From Parcubacteria bacterium DG_74_3 (GTDB lineage Bacteria; Patescibacteriota; Minisyncoccia; Minisyncoccales; DG-74-3), in assembly GCA_001302985.1 (NCBI GenBank), contig LJNG01000005.1, positions 1 through 48,242 of the forward strand: a stretch of DNA of 48,242 bases, read 5' to 3'. Positions 35,177 through 42,835 of the stretch are shown piece by piece (position 1 is the stretch's first letter; every line of letters begins with the position of its first letter). The translations under genes and the position numbers were made by a program. The notes under the pieces are model-generated. The model worked only from the letters and a program-made list of their open reading frames with translations, had not been told where the DNA came from and made no database searches.

Positions 35177-35638
35177 ATGTTAGTTATTCGTTTATTTAGA
35201 GTCGGCAAAAAAAATCAACCCTCTTTTAAGATGGTGGTGACAGATAAAAGGAACCCACCCCGAGGTGGGAGATTTGTTGAAGAGGTTGGTTTTTGGAATC
35301 CCCTTACCAGAGAAAAAACCTTTGATGCGGAACGCATTAAATACTGGTTATCTAAGGGAGTGAAACCATCAAAAACTGTTCATAATTTTTTGGTTGCAGA
35401 AAAAGTGATTGAGGAAAAGAAAATTCCTAAACATAAAAAAGCAAAAAAGAAAGAAGAAGTGAAAGAAGAAAAGAAATTAGAGAAACAAGAAAAGGTAAAA
35501 GAGAAACCAAAAGAAAAACCCAAAGAAGAAATAGAAAAAAAAGAAAAAGAGCCAGAAAAAGAACAAAAAAAGCCCGAAGAAAAACTAGAAAAAAAACCAA
35601 AAGAAAAACCAAAAGAAAAACCAAAAGAGTCTTCTTAG
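35177..35638 (+). CDS. rpsP: Ribosomal protein S16 with a roughly 65-aa K/E/P-rich tail
   Basis: MLVIRLFRVGKKNQPSFKMVVTD.. followed by (PKEK)-type repeats. 153 aa. Confidence 0.9.
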   Translation: MLVIRLFRVGKKNQPSFKMVVTDKRNPPRGGRFVEEVGFWNPLTREKTFDAERIKYWLSKGVKPSKTVHNFLVAEKVIEEKKIPKHKKAKKKEEVKEEKKLEKQEKVKEKPKEKPKEEIEKKEKEPEKEQKKPEEKLEKKPKEKPKEKPKESS

Positions 35639-35644
35639 GAGGAC

Positions 35645-35673
35645 TTGACAAATGTTAAAAAAGAATCTAACAT
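35645..35673 (+). promoter_or_regulatory. Sigma70-like promoter
   Basis: TTGACA (35645-35650), 17 nt, TAACAT (35668-35673). Confidence 0.55.
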
Positions 35674-35679
35674 TCAGAC

Positions 35680-35792
35680 AGTAGCTTTCAGATTCTCTGA
35701 ACCTTTCAGGTCATCTGAATTATTGAAAGAGAGAATCGATGATAAGGTCGCCCCGCTCTGGCGGGAGCCTCGACCAAAGGTCGGGAGCTACT
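35680..35792 (+). promoter_or_regulatory. Candidate structured leader (three-way junction) upstream of the KhpA-like gene
   Basis: P1 AGTAGCT (35680-86)/AGCTACT (35786-92). P2 GATTCTCT (35691-98)/AGAGAATC (35730-37), enclosing TTCAG/CTGAA. P3 GGTCG..CCCGC-tctg-GCGGG..CGACC. Confidence 0.45.
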
Positions 35793-35836
35793 AGAAATGT
35801 AAATATCACAGTAGACTAGTAAGTCTTGTAAGGATT

Positions 35837-36163
35837 ATGGCTAAAGCATCTAGCGATCAAGAATTCCTTGAATACATTGTCAAGGGCTTAGTTGATCACC
35901 CAGAAGATGTCAAAATTGACCGCAAGGTTGATGAAATGGGAGTTTTACTTTCTTTAAAGGTAAACCCCGAGGACATGGGTCAGATCATTGGTAAGGCAGG
36001 AGCTACTGCTAGAGCTATCAGATCTTTGGTTCGAATTGTTGGTCTTAAAAATCACGCAAGAGTAAATTTAAAGATAGAGGAACCAAGAGGTGGTAGATCT
36101 ACCCCAGCTCAAGCAAAAAAAGCTTCTGCTGAAGAAGGACTTGATGAGGAATTGAAACTCTAA
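35837..36163 (+). CDS. khpA: KH-domain RNA-binding protein (KhpA/YlqC-like)
   Basis: 108 aa, ..LVDHPEDVKI..IIGKAGATARAIRSLV.. (GxxG KH motif). Confidence 0.8.
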   Translation: MAKASSDQEFLEYIVKGLVDHPEDVKIDRKVDEMGVLLSLKVNPEDMGQIIGKAGATARAIRSLVRIVGLKNHARVNLKIEEPRGGRSTPAQAKKASAEEGLDEELKL

Positions 36164-36191
36164 TCTTTAAAACTTTTAAAGTTTTAAAGCT

Positions 36192-36223
36192 AGACCAGAA
36201 GCATTCTTGCTTCTGGTCTTTTT
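36192..36223 (+). terminator. Intrinsic terminator
   Basis: AGACCAGAAGCA-ttc-TGCTTCTGGTCT (12 bp) followed by TTTTT. Confidence 0.8.
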
Positions 36224-36271
36224 ATATTTTAAAATATCATATAGTTTTTAAATAATATTAGTAATTTTTCA

Positions 36272-36955
36272 ATGGTAACCTTTGACATTATTACAATTTT
36301 TCCTAAAATTTTCGACTCTTATTTAAAAGAATCTCTGATTAAAAAAGCTCAGAAAACAGGTAAAATTTCGATTCGCACTCATAATTTAAGAAAATGGACA
36401 AAAGGCCCTCACAAAATCGTAGACGATAGACCTTATGGTGGAGGATTGGGCATGGTTTTAAAGATTGAGCCCATTTTTAAAGCTATTGAAGATATTAAGA
36501 AAACCAAGAGAGTAAGTAATAAAAAAAGAAAAATAGTTTTATTTACTCCTCGGGGTAAGCAGTTTAATCAAAAATTAGCTTTTGGTTTTAGCAAACTTAA
36601 GCACGTAATTTTTATTTGTGGGAGATACGAAGGAGTAGATGAAAGAGTGGCTAAACACATTGCTGACCTGGAGCTTTCCATTGGTCCCTATGATTTAATG
36701 GGAGGAGAACTGCCCGCCATAGTGGTTATAGAAACGGTTGCCAGATTAATTCCTGGAGTGCTTGGTAAACCTCAATTACTCAAAGAAAGAATTACCAAAA
36801 CCAGGGGTTTTATTGAATATCCTCAGTATACCAGACCAGAAATTTTTGAGCCTAAAAAAGGAGTTCGCTGGCGGGTCCCAAAAGTTTTAATGTCTGGTAA
36901 TCACAAAAAAATTGAAGAATGGCGGAAAAAACAGCAAAAAATAATCTCTTCCTGA
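36272..36955 (+). CDS. trmD: tRNA (guanine37-N1)-methyltransferase
   Basis: 227 aa, FDIITIFPKIF.., DDRPYGGGLGMV, SGNHKKIEEWR. Confidence 0.92.
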   Translation: MVTFDIITIFPKIFDSYLKESLIKKAQKTGKISIRTHNLRKWTKGPHKIVDDRPYGGGLGMVLKIEPIFKAIEDIKKTKRVSNKKRKIVLFTPRGKQFNQKLAFGFSKLKHVIFICGRYEGVDERVAKHIADLELSIGPYDLMGGELPAIVVIETVARLIPGVLGKPQLLKERITKTRGFIEYPQYTRPEIFEPKKGVRWRVPKVLMSGNHKKIEEWRKKQQKIISS

Positions 36956-36972
36956 ATTTCCTTCGTTAACGA

Positions 36973-37001
36973 TTGAAAAATAGACCTTTTTAGTATATAA
37001 T
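36973..37001 (+). promoter_or_regulatory. Sigma70-like promoter for the tRNA-Tyr/Thr-rpmG-tRNA-Trp unit
   Basis: TTGAAA (36973-78), 17 nt, TATAAT (36996-37001). Confidence 0.6.
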
Positions 37002-37022
37002 ATAAAATTGAATTCTAAGAAA

Positions 37023-37106
37023 GGGTGGTTGGCGGAGTAGTCAAACGCATCAGTCTGTAAAACTGACGGTCACTGACCTACGGGGGTGCAAATCCCTCAC
37101 CACCCA
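37023..37106 (+). tRNA. tRNA-Tyr (GTA), class II, with atypical D- and T-loops
   Basis: Acceptor GGGTGGT/ACCACCC, anticodon loop CTGTAAA, long variable arm GGTC-act-GACC. D-loop is GAGTAGTCAAA and T arm GGGGG-TGCAAAT-CCCTC. Confidence 0.75.
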
Positions 37107-37112
37107 CAAATT

Positions 37113-37223
37113 ATGCTCCCAAAGAGAAAATTAGAAAAATTATATAAAAACGGTTTATCGATGCAAGAAATTTCCGATAGAACTGGATTGAGTTATAAAC
37201 AAACGTTCCCCTTGCCGAGATAG
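37113..37223 (+). pseudogene. 36-codon helix-turn-helix remnant running into tRNA-Thr
   Basis: MLPKRKLEKLYKNGLSMQEISDRTGLSYKQTFPLPR*. The LYxxGxSxxEIaxxxGxS pattern is typical of recombinase/transposase-type HTH. The stop lies inside the tRNA. Confidence 0.35.
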
Positions 37224-37286
37224 CTCAGTTGGTAGAGCATTCCCATGGTAAGGGAAAGGTCACGAGTTCAAATCTCGTTCTCGGCT
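37214..37286 (+). tRNA. tRNA-Thr (GGT)
   Basis: Acceptor GCCGAGA/TCTCGGC, D arm GCTC-AGTTGGTA-GAGC, anticodon loop ATGGTAA, T arm ACGAG-TTCAAAT-CTCGT. Confidence 0.9.
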
Positions 37287-37293
37287 CAAAAAT

Positions 37294-37455
37294 ATGCCAG
37301 CAAAAAAACCTTTCATTAAAATTCAATGCTCGGAATGTAAACGGGTTAATTACTTTACTCGCAAATCAAAAATTTTAGCCGAGAAAAAATTAGAATTGAA
37401 AAAATATTGCAGGTGGTGCAAAAAGCACACTTTACACAAAGAGGCGAAAAGATAA
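37294..37455 (+). CDS. rpmG: Ribosomal protein L33 (below the ORF-track length cut-off)
   Basis: Hand translation: MPAKKPFIKIQCSECKRVNYFTRKSKILAEKKLELKKYCRWCKKHTLHKEAKR*. CxxC..CxxC zinc form. Confidence 0.85.
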   Translation: MPAKKPFIKIQCSECKRVNYFTRKSKILAEKKLELKKYCRWCKKHTLHKEAKR

Positions 37456-37457
37456 GA

Positions 37458-37528
37458 GGGGACTTAGTTTAAAGGAAGAATGACGCTCTCCAAAAGCGTT
37501 GATGGGGGTTCGATTCCCTCAGTCCCCG
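37458..37528 (+). tRNA. tRNA-Trp (CCA)
   Basis: Acceptor GGGGACT/AGTCCCC, anticodon arm ACGCT-CTCCAAA-AGCGT, T arm GGGGG-TTCGATT-CCCTC. Confidence 0.85.
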
Positions 37529-37540
37529 CTCTAACCAAAA

Positions 37541-37567
37541 ACGCAGCTGAAGGGCTGCGTTTTTTTT
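37541..37567. terminator. Intrinsic terminator between convergent units
   Basis: ACGCAGC-tgaagg-GCTGCGT followed by TTTTTTT, with an A-run upstream. Confidence 0.8.
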
Positions 37568-37585
37568 GATTGGTATTTAATTTCT

Positions 37586-37909
37586 CTATTCTCTCTTTAG
37601 ATAGTCTGGTAAGGGTAATCCCATTTTGCTTAAATTATGTAAAATTGAACCAAATAAAGCTAAAACTATAAGAATAAAAGCTAACTGAAGCACCATGGTT
37701 AAAGCAGGAAAAGCCAGGACCACCATTTCTAAAACCACAAACCCCAAAACATATCCCAGAACCGGCTTTTTCATAAATTTAGCTAATTTTCCCAGGCGAA
37801 ACTCCTTTTTCATAAGAGCAGCTATAATTCCCAATACCACATCAATTGCTATTAAAACCACAATCCAATATATTTGAGTGGTTGCAAAGAGAGGAATTAG
37901 TTCTGCCAT
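37586..37909 (-). CDS. Holin-family membrane protein (TcdE/phage holin_4-like)
   Basis: 107 aa, 3 TM. ..IAIDVVLGIIAALMKKEFRLGKLAKFMKKPV.. and C-terminal MGLPLPDYLKRE parallel the TcdE-type FDTLLGCLSAIKSRKF..GIRK and GLPVPKRLKE, as recalled from memory. Confidence 0.55.
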   Translation of the reverse strand: MAELIPLFATTQIYWIVVLIAIDVVLGIIAALMKKEFRLGKLAKFMKKPVLGYVLGFVVLEMVVLAFPALTMVLQLAFILIVLALFGSILHNLSKMGLPLPDYLKRE

Positions 37910-38046
37910 ATTTTAGTGTTTTCAAATATTAGAGATATTATTCCGACCTTTGAGCATTGTTTCATTGTAAAACACCATCTCGAATTTATACAGAGAGTTT
38001 TCCACAATTATTGAATTCTCTTCGAAAATAAGTTATTCTAAACAAT

Positions 38047-39588
38047 ATGGCGAATAAAAAAATAATTGCAGCAATAACTATAATATTTGTTTTGATATTG
38101 ATTGTTTATCAGGTTTTTTTCTCGAAAAAAGAGCCCTCTTTTGAGCTGGTTCAGGTATCCCACGGCACAGTTTCTCAAGAAATCTCAGAAACCGGACAGG
38201 TGGAAAAGGGTGAAGAAATAAGTTTGGGTTTTCAAAGTGCTGGGAAGATTGAAAAAATCTATGTTCAGGTTGGTCAAAACGTTAAAACTGGAGAAAAATA
38301 TTCTCATTCAGCTTAGAGAAGCTGAAGCTAATTTCGATGCGCAAAAAGCAAGATTAGCAGAATTACAAAAAGGCACCAGAGCCGAGGAAATACAAATTAG
38401 CCAAACACTGTTAAATCAAGCAAACACTGAATTAGACAGCTTATATAAAGATACGGTAGCTGTTTTAAATCAGTCCTATAATTTTGCTGATAATACAATT
38501 AGACAAGAGATTGCAGCATTGTTTCTGTATAGAGTAGGGGCAGCAATACCATATTATGACCTGACTTATAAATATTGTGATAATCAATCAGGGGTTGATG
38601 CTACAGCTCAGAGAAAAATTAGTGAAAATGAATTGAATATCTGGCGAACAGAACTTCAAAATTTAGCGGAGATTCCCCAAATACTTAATGAAGCACTTTT
38701 GAAAGCGGAAAGTCGCTTGACATTGCTGCGAGATTTTCTCAATCGCTTAAACGACACCTTAACTACCGATTGCAAGCTCACCTGGGAAGAGATAAATAAA
38801 ATTAATACCTACAAATCAGTAGTCAATTCAGCTTTAACTAATATCAATACAGCTTTAATTTCTGTTTATAGTCAGAGAAAAGCCATAGAGGCACAAAAGT
38901 TAATTGTTCAAAGTTATCAGGAGCAACTTAATTTGAAATTAGCTGGTAGTACACCTGAGCAGATTGCCTATCAAGAGGCTCAATTAAATCAAGTCTAAAG
39001 CCAGGGTTGCTCTTTTGGAGAATTCTCTTAAAGAAGCGATTTTAATTAGCCCGGTTGAGGGTCAAATTACAAAGATAAACAAAGAAATAGGAGAACAGGT
39101 TCAGCCGATGTTGCAAGATGTAGTAATAACTATTTTACCGGTTTCGCCTTTTGAAATAGAAGCGAATATTTATGAAGAAGATGTGGTTAAAATAGATATT
39201 GGCAATCCGGTGGACATTTCTTTAGTTGCTTTCCCAAAGAATTTTCAAAGGAAAAATCGTGGTCATCTATCCCTCTCAAAAGATTATTGAGGGAGTGGTT
39301 TATTATGAGGTAATCGTGGGCCCCACTTCAGATCTTGAGACATGGATACCAGATACGGTTAAACCCGGAATGACAGCTGATTTAACAATTCAAACGGCCC
39401 TTAAAGAAAACGTTCTAATTGTTCCAGAAAAAGCAATTCAAGAGAAAAATGGAAAAACATTAGTCCAGATTTTCCAAGCAGGAAAAATCCAAGAGCAAAC
39501 CATAGAAACAGGTCTCTGGGGCAGTAACGATTTAGTTGAAGTAGTTTCTGGTTTGGAAGAAGGAGAGCAGGTAGTTATAATGCCCTAA
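38047..39588 (+). pseudogene. MacA/HlyD-type membrane-fusion (periplasmic adaptor) gene broken into four ORFs
   Basis: ORFs 38047..38316, 38237..38998, 39015..39290 and 39226..39588 read through as one adaptor: TM anchor, lipoyl-like halves, long helical hairpin, beta-barrel. Each junction needs a one-base skip. Confidence 0.75.
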
Positions 39589-39598
39589 ATCAGAGGTT

Positions 39599-40312
39599 AT
39601 GGTCAATTCTCTAATTAAATTAGAAAATGTCTGGAAGGTTTATAAATTAGGAAAGGTTGAGGTTGTAGCCTTAAGAGGAATAAGCCTGGAGATAGCTCCA
39701 GGTGATTTTGTAACTCTTATTGGACCTTCAGGTTCGGGAAAATCCACTCTTTTAAACATGATAGGTCTTTTAGATGCTCCAACCAGAGGAAAAGTATTTA
39801 TAAAAGGCAAAGATACTGCCACCCTTTCAGAAGATGAGTTGTCTCACCTGAGAGGTAAAACCATTGGCTTTGTATTTCAAGAATTTAATTTACTCCCTCA
39901 CCTTACTGCCCTTGAAAACGTAGCCCTTCCTATGATTTTTCAAGAAATACCAGAAGAAACCAGAAGAGAAAGAGCAAGAAATCTTTTAATATCAGTTGGT
40001 TTAGAAGATAGAATTTCTCATCAACCTGCTGAACTTTCAGGCGGTGAACGTCAAAGAGTAGCTATAGCCAGAGCTTTTGCCAATAATCCCGAATTGGTTA
40101 TCGCTGATGAACCTACTGGAAATTTAGACTCAGAAACTGGAAAAAAGATAATGGAAATTTTAACAAATTTTCACCAGAAGGAAGGCAAAACCATAGCTGT
40201 AGTCACCCACGACCCTCACATTGCAGCTTATAGCAAAAAGACGGTTAATATCGTCGATGGTCAAACGTCTATCAATCAAGTAAAAGCCAAAAAAGCTTTA
40301 TGGTCCAAATAA
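39599..40312 (+). CDS. ABC transporter ATP-binding protein, MacB/LolD family
   Basis: GPSGSGKST Walker A, LSGGERQRVAIARA signature, ADEPTGNLD Walker B. Confidence 0.9.
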   Translation: MVNSLIKLENVWKVYKLGKVEVVALRGISLEIAPGDFVTLIGPSGSGKSTLLNMIGLLDAPTRGKVFIKGKDTATLSEDELSHLRGKTIGFVFQEFNLLPHLTALENVALPMIFQEIPEETRRERARNLLISVGLEDRISHQPAELSGGERQRVAIARAFANNPELVIADEPTGNLDSETGKKIMEILTNFHQKEGKTIAVVTHDPHIAAYSKKTVNIVDGQTSINQVKAKKALWSK

Positions 40313-41526
40313 ATGAATATTTTAAGATAGCTTTAAGAAATTTAAGAATGAGGTCTCTTCGAAGCTGGTTGACTATTTTAGGTATTGTTATTGGTGTTTT
40401 TTTAATTATTAGTTTACTTTCTTTGTCCGAAGGGATAAAAGAAACAATTTCTAAACAACTTAGAGCTTTAGGAGGGGAAATGATTTTTATTATGCCGGGC
40501 GACCTATCTAATCCCATAGCCATGTTTTTAGGCGGAGCTGAATTACAAAAAGAAGACATTGAAGCCATCAGAAAAACAGAAGGCGTAGATAGGGTACTGA
40601 CCATGTCTTACAAAAGTGTTGTGGCCAGATATGAAGATGAGGGAAAAACAGTATTTTTAGCTGGTGTTCCCTGGGAAGAAGGCCGGGATATTTTAGAAAA
40701 ATTTCAGGGATGGAGTTTAGAAGAAGGGAAATGGCCCATCCCCGGGAAAAGAGAGGTTGTAATTGGTCAGCAGGTAGCTAAAGAAATATTTGAAGAAAAA
40801 GTAAAAGTGAATAAAGAAATTATTCTCAAGGGAAGAAGATTTGAAATAGTGGGAATCTTAAATTCTTTAGGTAGCAAAACCGATGACTCTTTTATTTATA
40901 TGGACACCCCCATTTATAAAGAATTAACCGGAGAGAAAAGAGATACGGCTCAATATGTGATGGTTAAAATTGAAGAAGGTGCTTTGGCAGATAAGGTAGC
41001 TGAAGATATAAAAGAAAATCTTCAGCAAACAAGGAAAAGAAGAGCAGGAACAGATGTGGCAGATTTTAGCGTTATTACCTCAGAAAAAATGGGTGATATC
41101 GCAGGCAACATTTTGTCAATCATTCAATTTGCTATTATAATTTTTGCTGGTATTGCTATTGTGGTTGGTGGAATTGGAATTACCAATACTATGTTTACTG
41201 CTGTTCGGGAAAGAACTAGAGAAATAGGAATTATGAAAGCTGTTGGCGCTCAAAGCTCAGCAATCCTGACAATTTTTCTTTTTGAAGCAGGAATTATCGG
41301 GTTCAGTGGGGGAGTGGGAGGAACGTTGTTGGGAGCTATTTTTGCAAAAGTTATTGAGAAATACGGTCAAGCTCATCCGGTGGTTTATTTTTCTGCTATA
41401 ATTTCACCTGGTTTAATTTTATTTGGTTTGTTTTTCTCCTTCTTTGTTGGTTGTCTTTCTGGATTTCTTCCAGCTAGAAGAGCAGCTCAACTTAAACCGG
41501 TCGACGCTCTTCGTAGATACGAATAA
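40300..41526 (+). CDS. ABC transporter permease, MacB/FtsX family
   Basis: 408 aa: N-terminal TM, large extracytoplasmic domain, and a C-terminal FtsX-type 3-TM bundle (..RTREIGIMKAVGA..). Confidence 0.88.
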   Translation: MVQINEYFKIALRNLRMRSLRSWLTILGIVIGVFLIISLLSLSEGIKETISKQLRALGGEMIFIMPGDLSNPIAMFLGGAELQKEDIEAIRKTEGVDRVLTMSYKSVVARYEDEGKTVFLAGVPWEEGRDILEKFQGWSLEEGKWPIPGKREVVIGQQVAKEIFEEKVKVNKEIILKGRRFEIVGILNSLGSKTDDSFIYMDTPIYKELTGEKRDTAQYVMVKIEEGALADKVAEDIKENLQQTRKRRAGTDVADFSVITSEKMGDIAGNILSIIQFAIIIFAGIAIVVGGIGITNTMFTAVRERTREIGIMKAVGAQSSAILTIFLFEAGIIGFSGGVGGTLLGAIFAKVIEKYGQAHPVVYFSAIISPGLILFGLFFSFFVGCLSGFLPARRAAQLKPVDALRRYE

Positions 41527-41540
41527 TAATCTAAAAGCAT

Positions 41541-41843
41541 ATGTATTTTTCTATTTTAATTGCCAGCTTTGGTGGAGGAGTAGCCAGAGGATTGGTAGGT
41601 TTTGTCAAACACCAATATTCCTACAAAAACGTTGGTTTTAATTTGCCTTATTTTCTGGGAATGTCTTTTCTTTCCGGAGTCATTGGGCTTTTGTCAGCAA
41701 TGGCCGTTAAAGAGGTTGGTTTAAATCTCTTTGGTGATTTTACTCCTGCTCTGAGTTTTATCGTAGGTTACGCAGGTGGGGACTTCATCGAAAATATTTA
41801 TAAAATCATTATCCAAAAATCTTCTCTTTACCCCACTAAATAA
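41541..41843 (+). CDS. Hypothetical small membrane protein
   Basis: 100 aa with 3 hydrophobic segments, directly after the permease. No family recognised. Confidence 0.45.
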   Translation: MYFSILIASFGGGVARGLVGFVKHQYSYKNVGFNLPYFLGMSFLSGVIGLLSAMAVKEVGLNLFGDFTPALSFIVGYAGGDFIENIYKIIIQKSSLYPTK

Positions 41844-41882
41844 ACCCAATTGTGCGGGAAGTCTTCCCGCACAATGATTTCG

Positions 41883-41929
41883 CCCGAGAGCCTGCCCTAA
41901 ATTTATTGAAGAAGTTTTCTCGGGTTTTT
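41883..41929 (+). terminator. Intrinsic terminator (preceded by a 13-bp perfect palindrome at 41849..41875)
   Basis: CCCGAGAG..TTCTCGGG followed by TTTTT. Upstream lies ATTGTGCGGGAAG-t-CTTCCCGCACAAT. Confidence 0.6.
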
Positions 41930-42012
41930 ATTATGGTATAATTTAAAAATGATTAAAGACCAACAAATGCATAAAAACCATTAGGAAGAACACTTGTTCT
42001 CAATAAAAAAAT

Positions 42013-42831
42013 ATGAAGGAAGAAACTAAACTGTCTTTTAAAGAATTTGAAGCTTTTCAAAGAGAACAAGAAAAGCTTATTTTCAAGTGGATTATTTTTG
42101 GCTTTTTATTTTTCATAATTTCTTCCTTTGTGATTGAATTTATAGACCAAGAGATTTTGAAGATAGGCATTGTCAGTTGGTATAATTTTTCGATTTTGGT
42201 TATTGGGGCTTTTGTAATTTTTATTTATAGTTTCATTTCTTGGAAAAAAAATTTAAAAGTATGGCTTTTAAAGTATATATTGGCAATTTACATTCCTTTT
42301 GTGACGAGCTTATGGATTTACTTTACCAGCGACCCTGAATATACCCGTCCTTTGTTTTTAATTTTTTTAGCCACACCCGCTTTTTTGGGAATAATATTTT
42401 ACGATATTAAGGTTTCCCTATTGTCTGTTCTGACCGGAGTAGTTTTTTGTGGGTTATTAATTCTTTATTACCATAATATTGGCTTTCCCTTTCCCTTCTA
42501 CGACCTTATTTTGACTTTTCTATTTATTATCTTTTTTATGTTATTTTTTTCTATCGGTATCTGGCGCACCAGGCTCTTTTTAACCGAACTCCTCGAAAAA
42601 AGAAGAGAAGCTGAAGAAGCCAAATCAGTTCTCGAAGTCAAGGTTCAAGCCCGAACCAAAGAACTCAGAGAACTAACCCAGAACTTAGACCAAAAGGTTA
42701 AAGCCAGAACCACAGAACTCCAAGAAAGAGTCAGTCAACTAGAGAGATTCCAGAAACTGACCATCGGTAGAGAGCTAAAAATGGCTGAATTAAAAAAAGA
42801 GATCGAGAGGTTAAAAAAGGAGCAAAAATAA
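42013..42831 (+). CDS. Polytopic membrane protein with a C-terminal coiled coil (sensor-like, no output domain)
   Basis: 272 aa with about 6 TM segments, then ..EAKSVLEVKVQARTKELRELT..ARTTELQERV..LTIGRELKMAELKKEIERLKKE. Confidence 0.5.
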   Translation: MKEETKLSFKEFEAFQREQEKLIFKWIIFGFLFFIISSFVIEFIDQEILKIGIVSWYNFSILVIGAFVIFIYSFISWKKNLKVWLLKYILAIYIPFVTSLWIYFTSDPEYTRPLFLIFLATPAFLGIIFYDIKVSLLSVLTGVVFCGLLILYYHNIGFPFPFYDLILTFLFIIFFMLFFSIGIWRTRLFLTELLEKRREAEEAKSVLEVKVQARTKELRELTQNLDQKVKARTTELQERVSQLERFQKLTIGRELKMAELKKEIERLKKEQK

Positions 42832-42835
42832 ACAA

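Noticed and set aside
35427-35651. 74-aa Leu/Phe-rich ORF antisense to the S16 tail. Likewise 45775..46062 antisense to rplL.
   Set aside because: These are mirror images of K/E-rich or Ala-rich repeats in real ribosomal-protein genes, so they are compositional artefacts.
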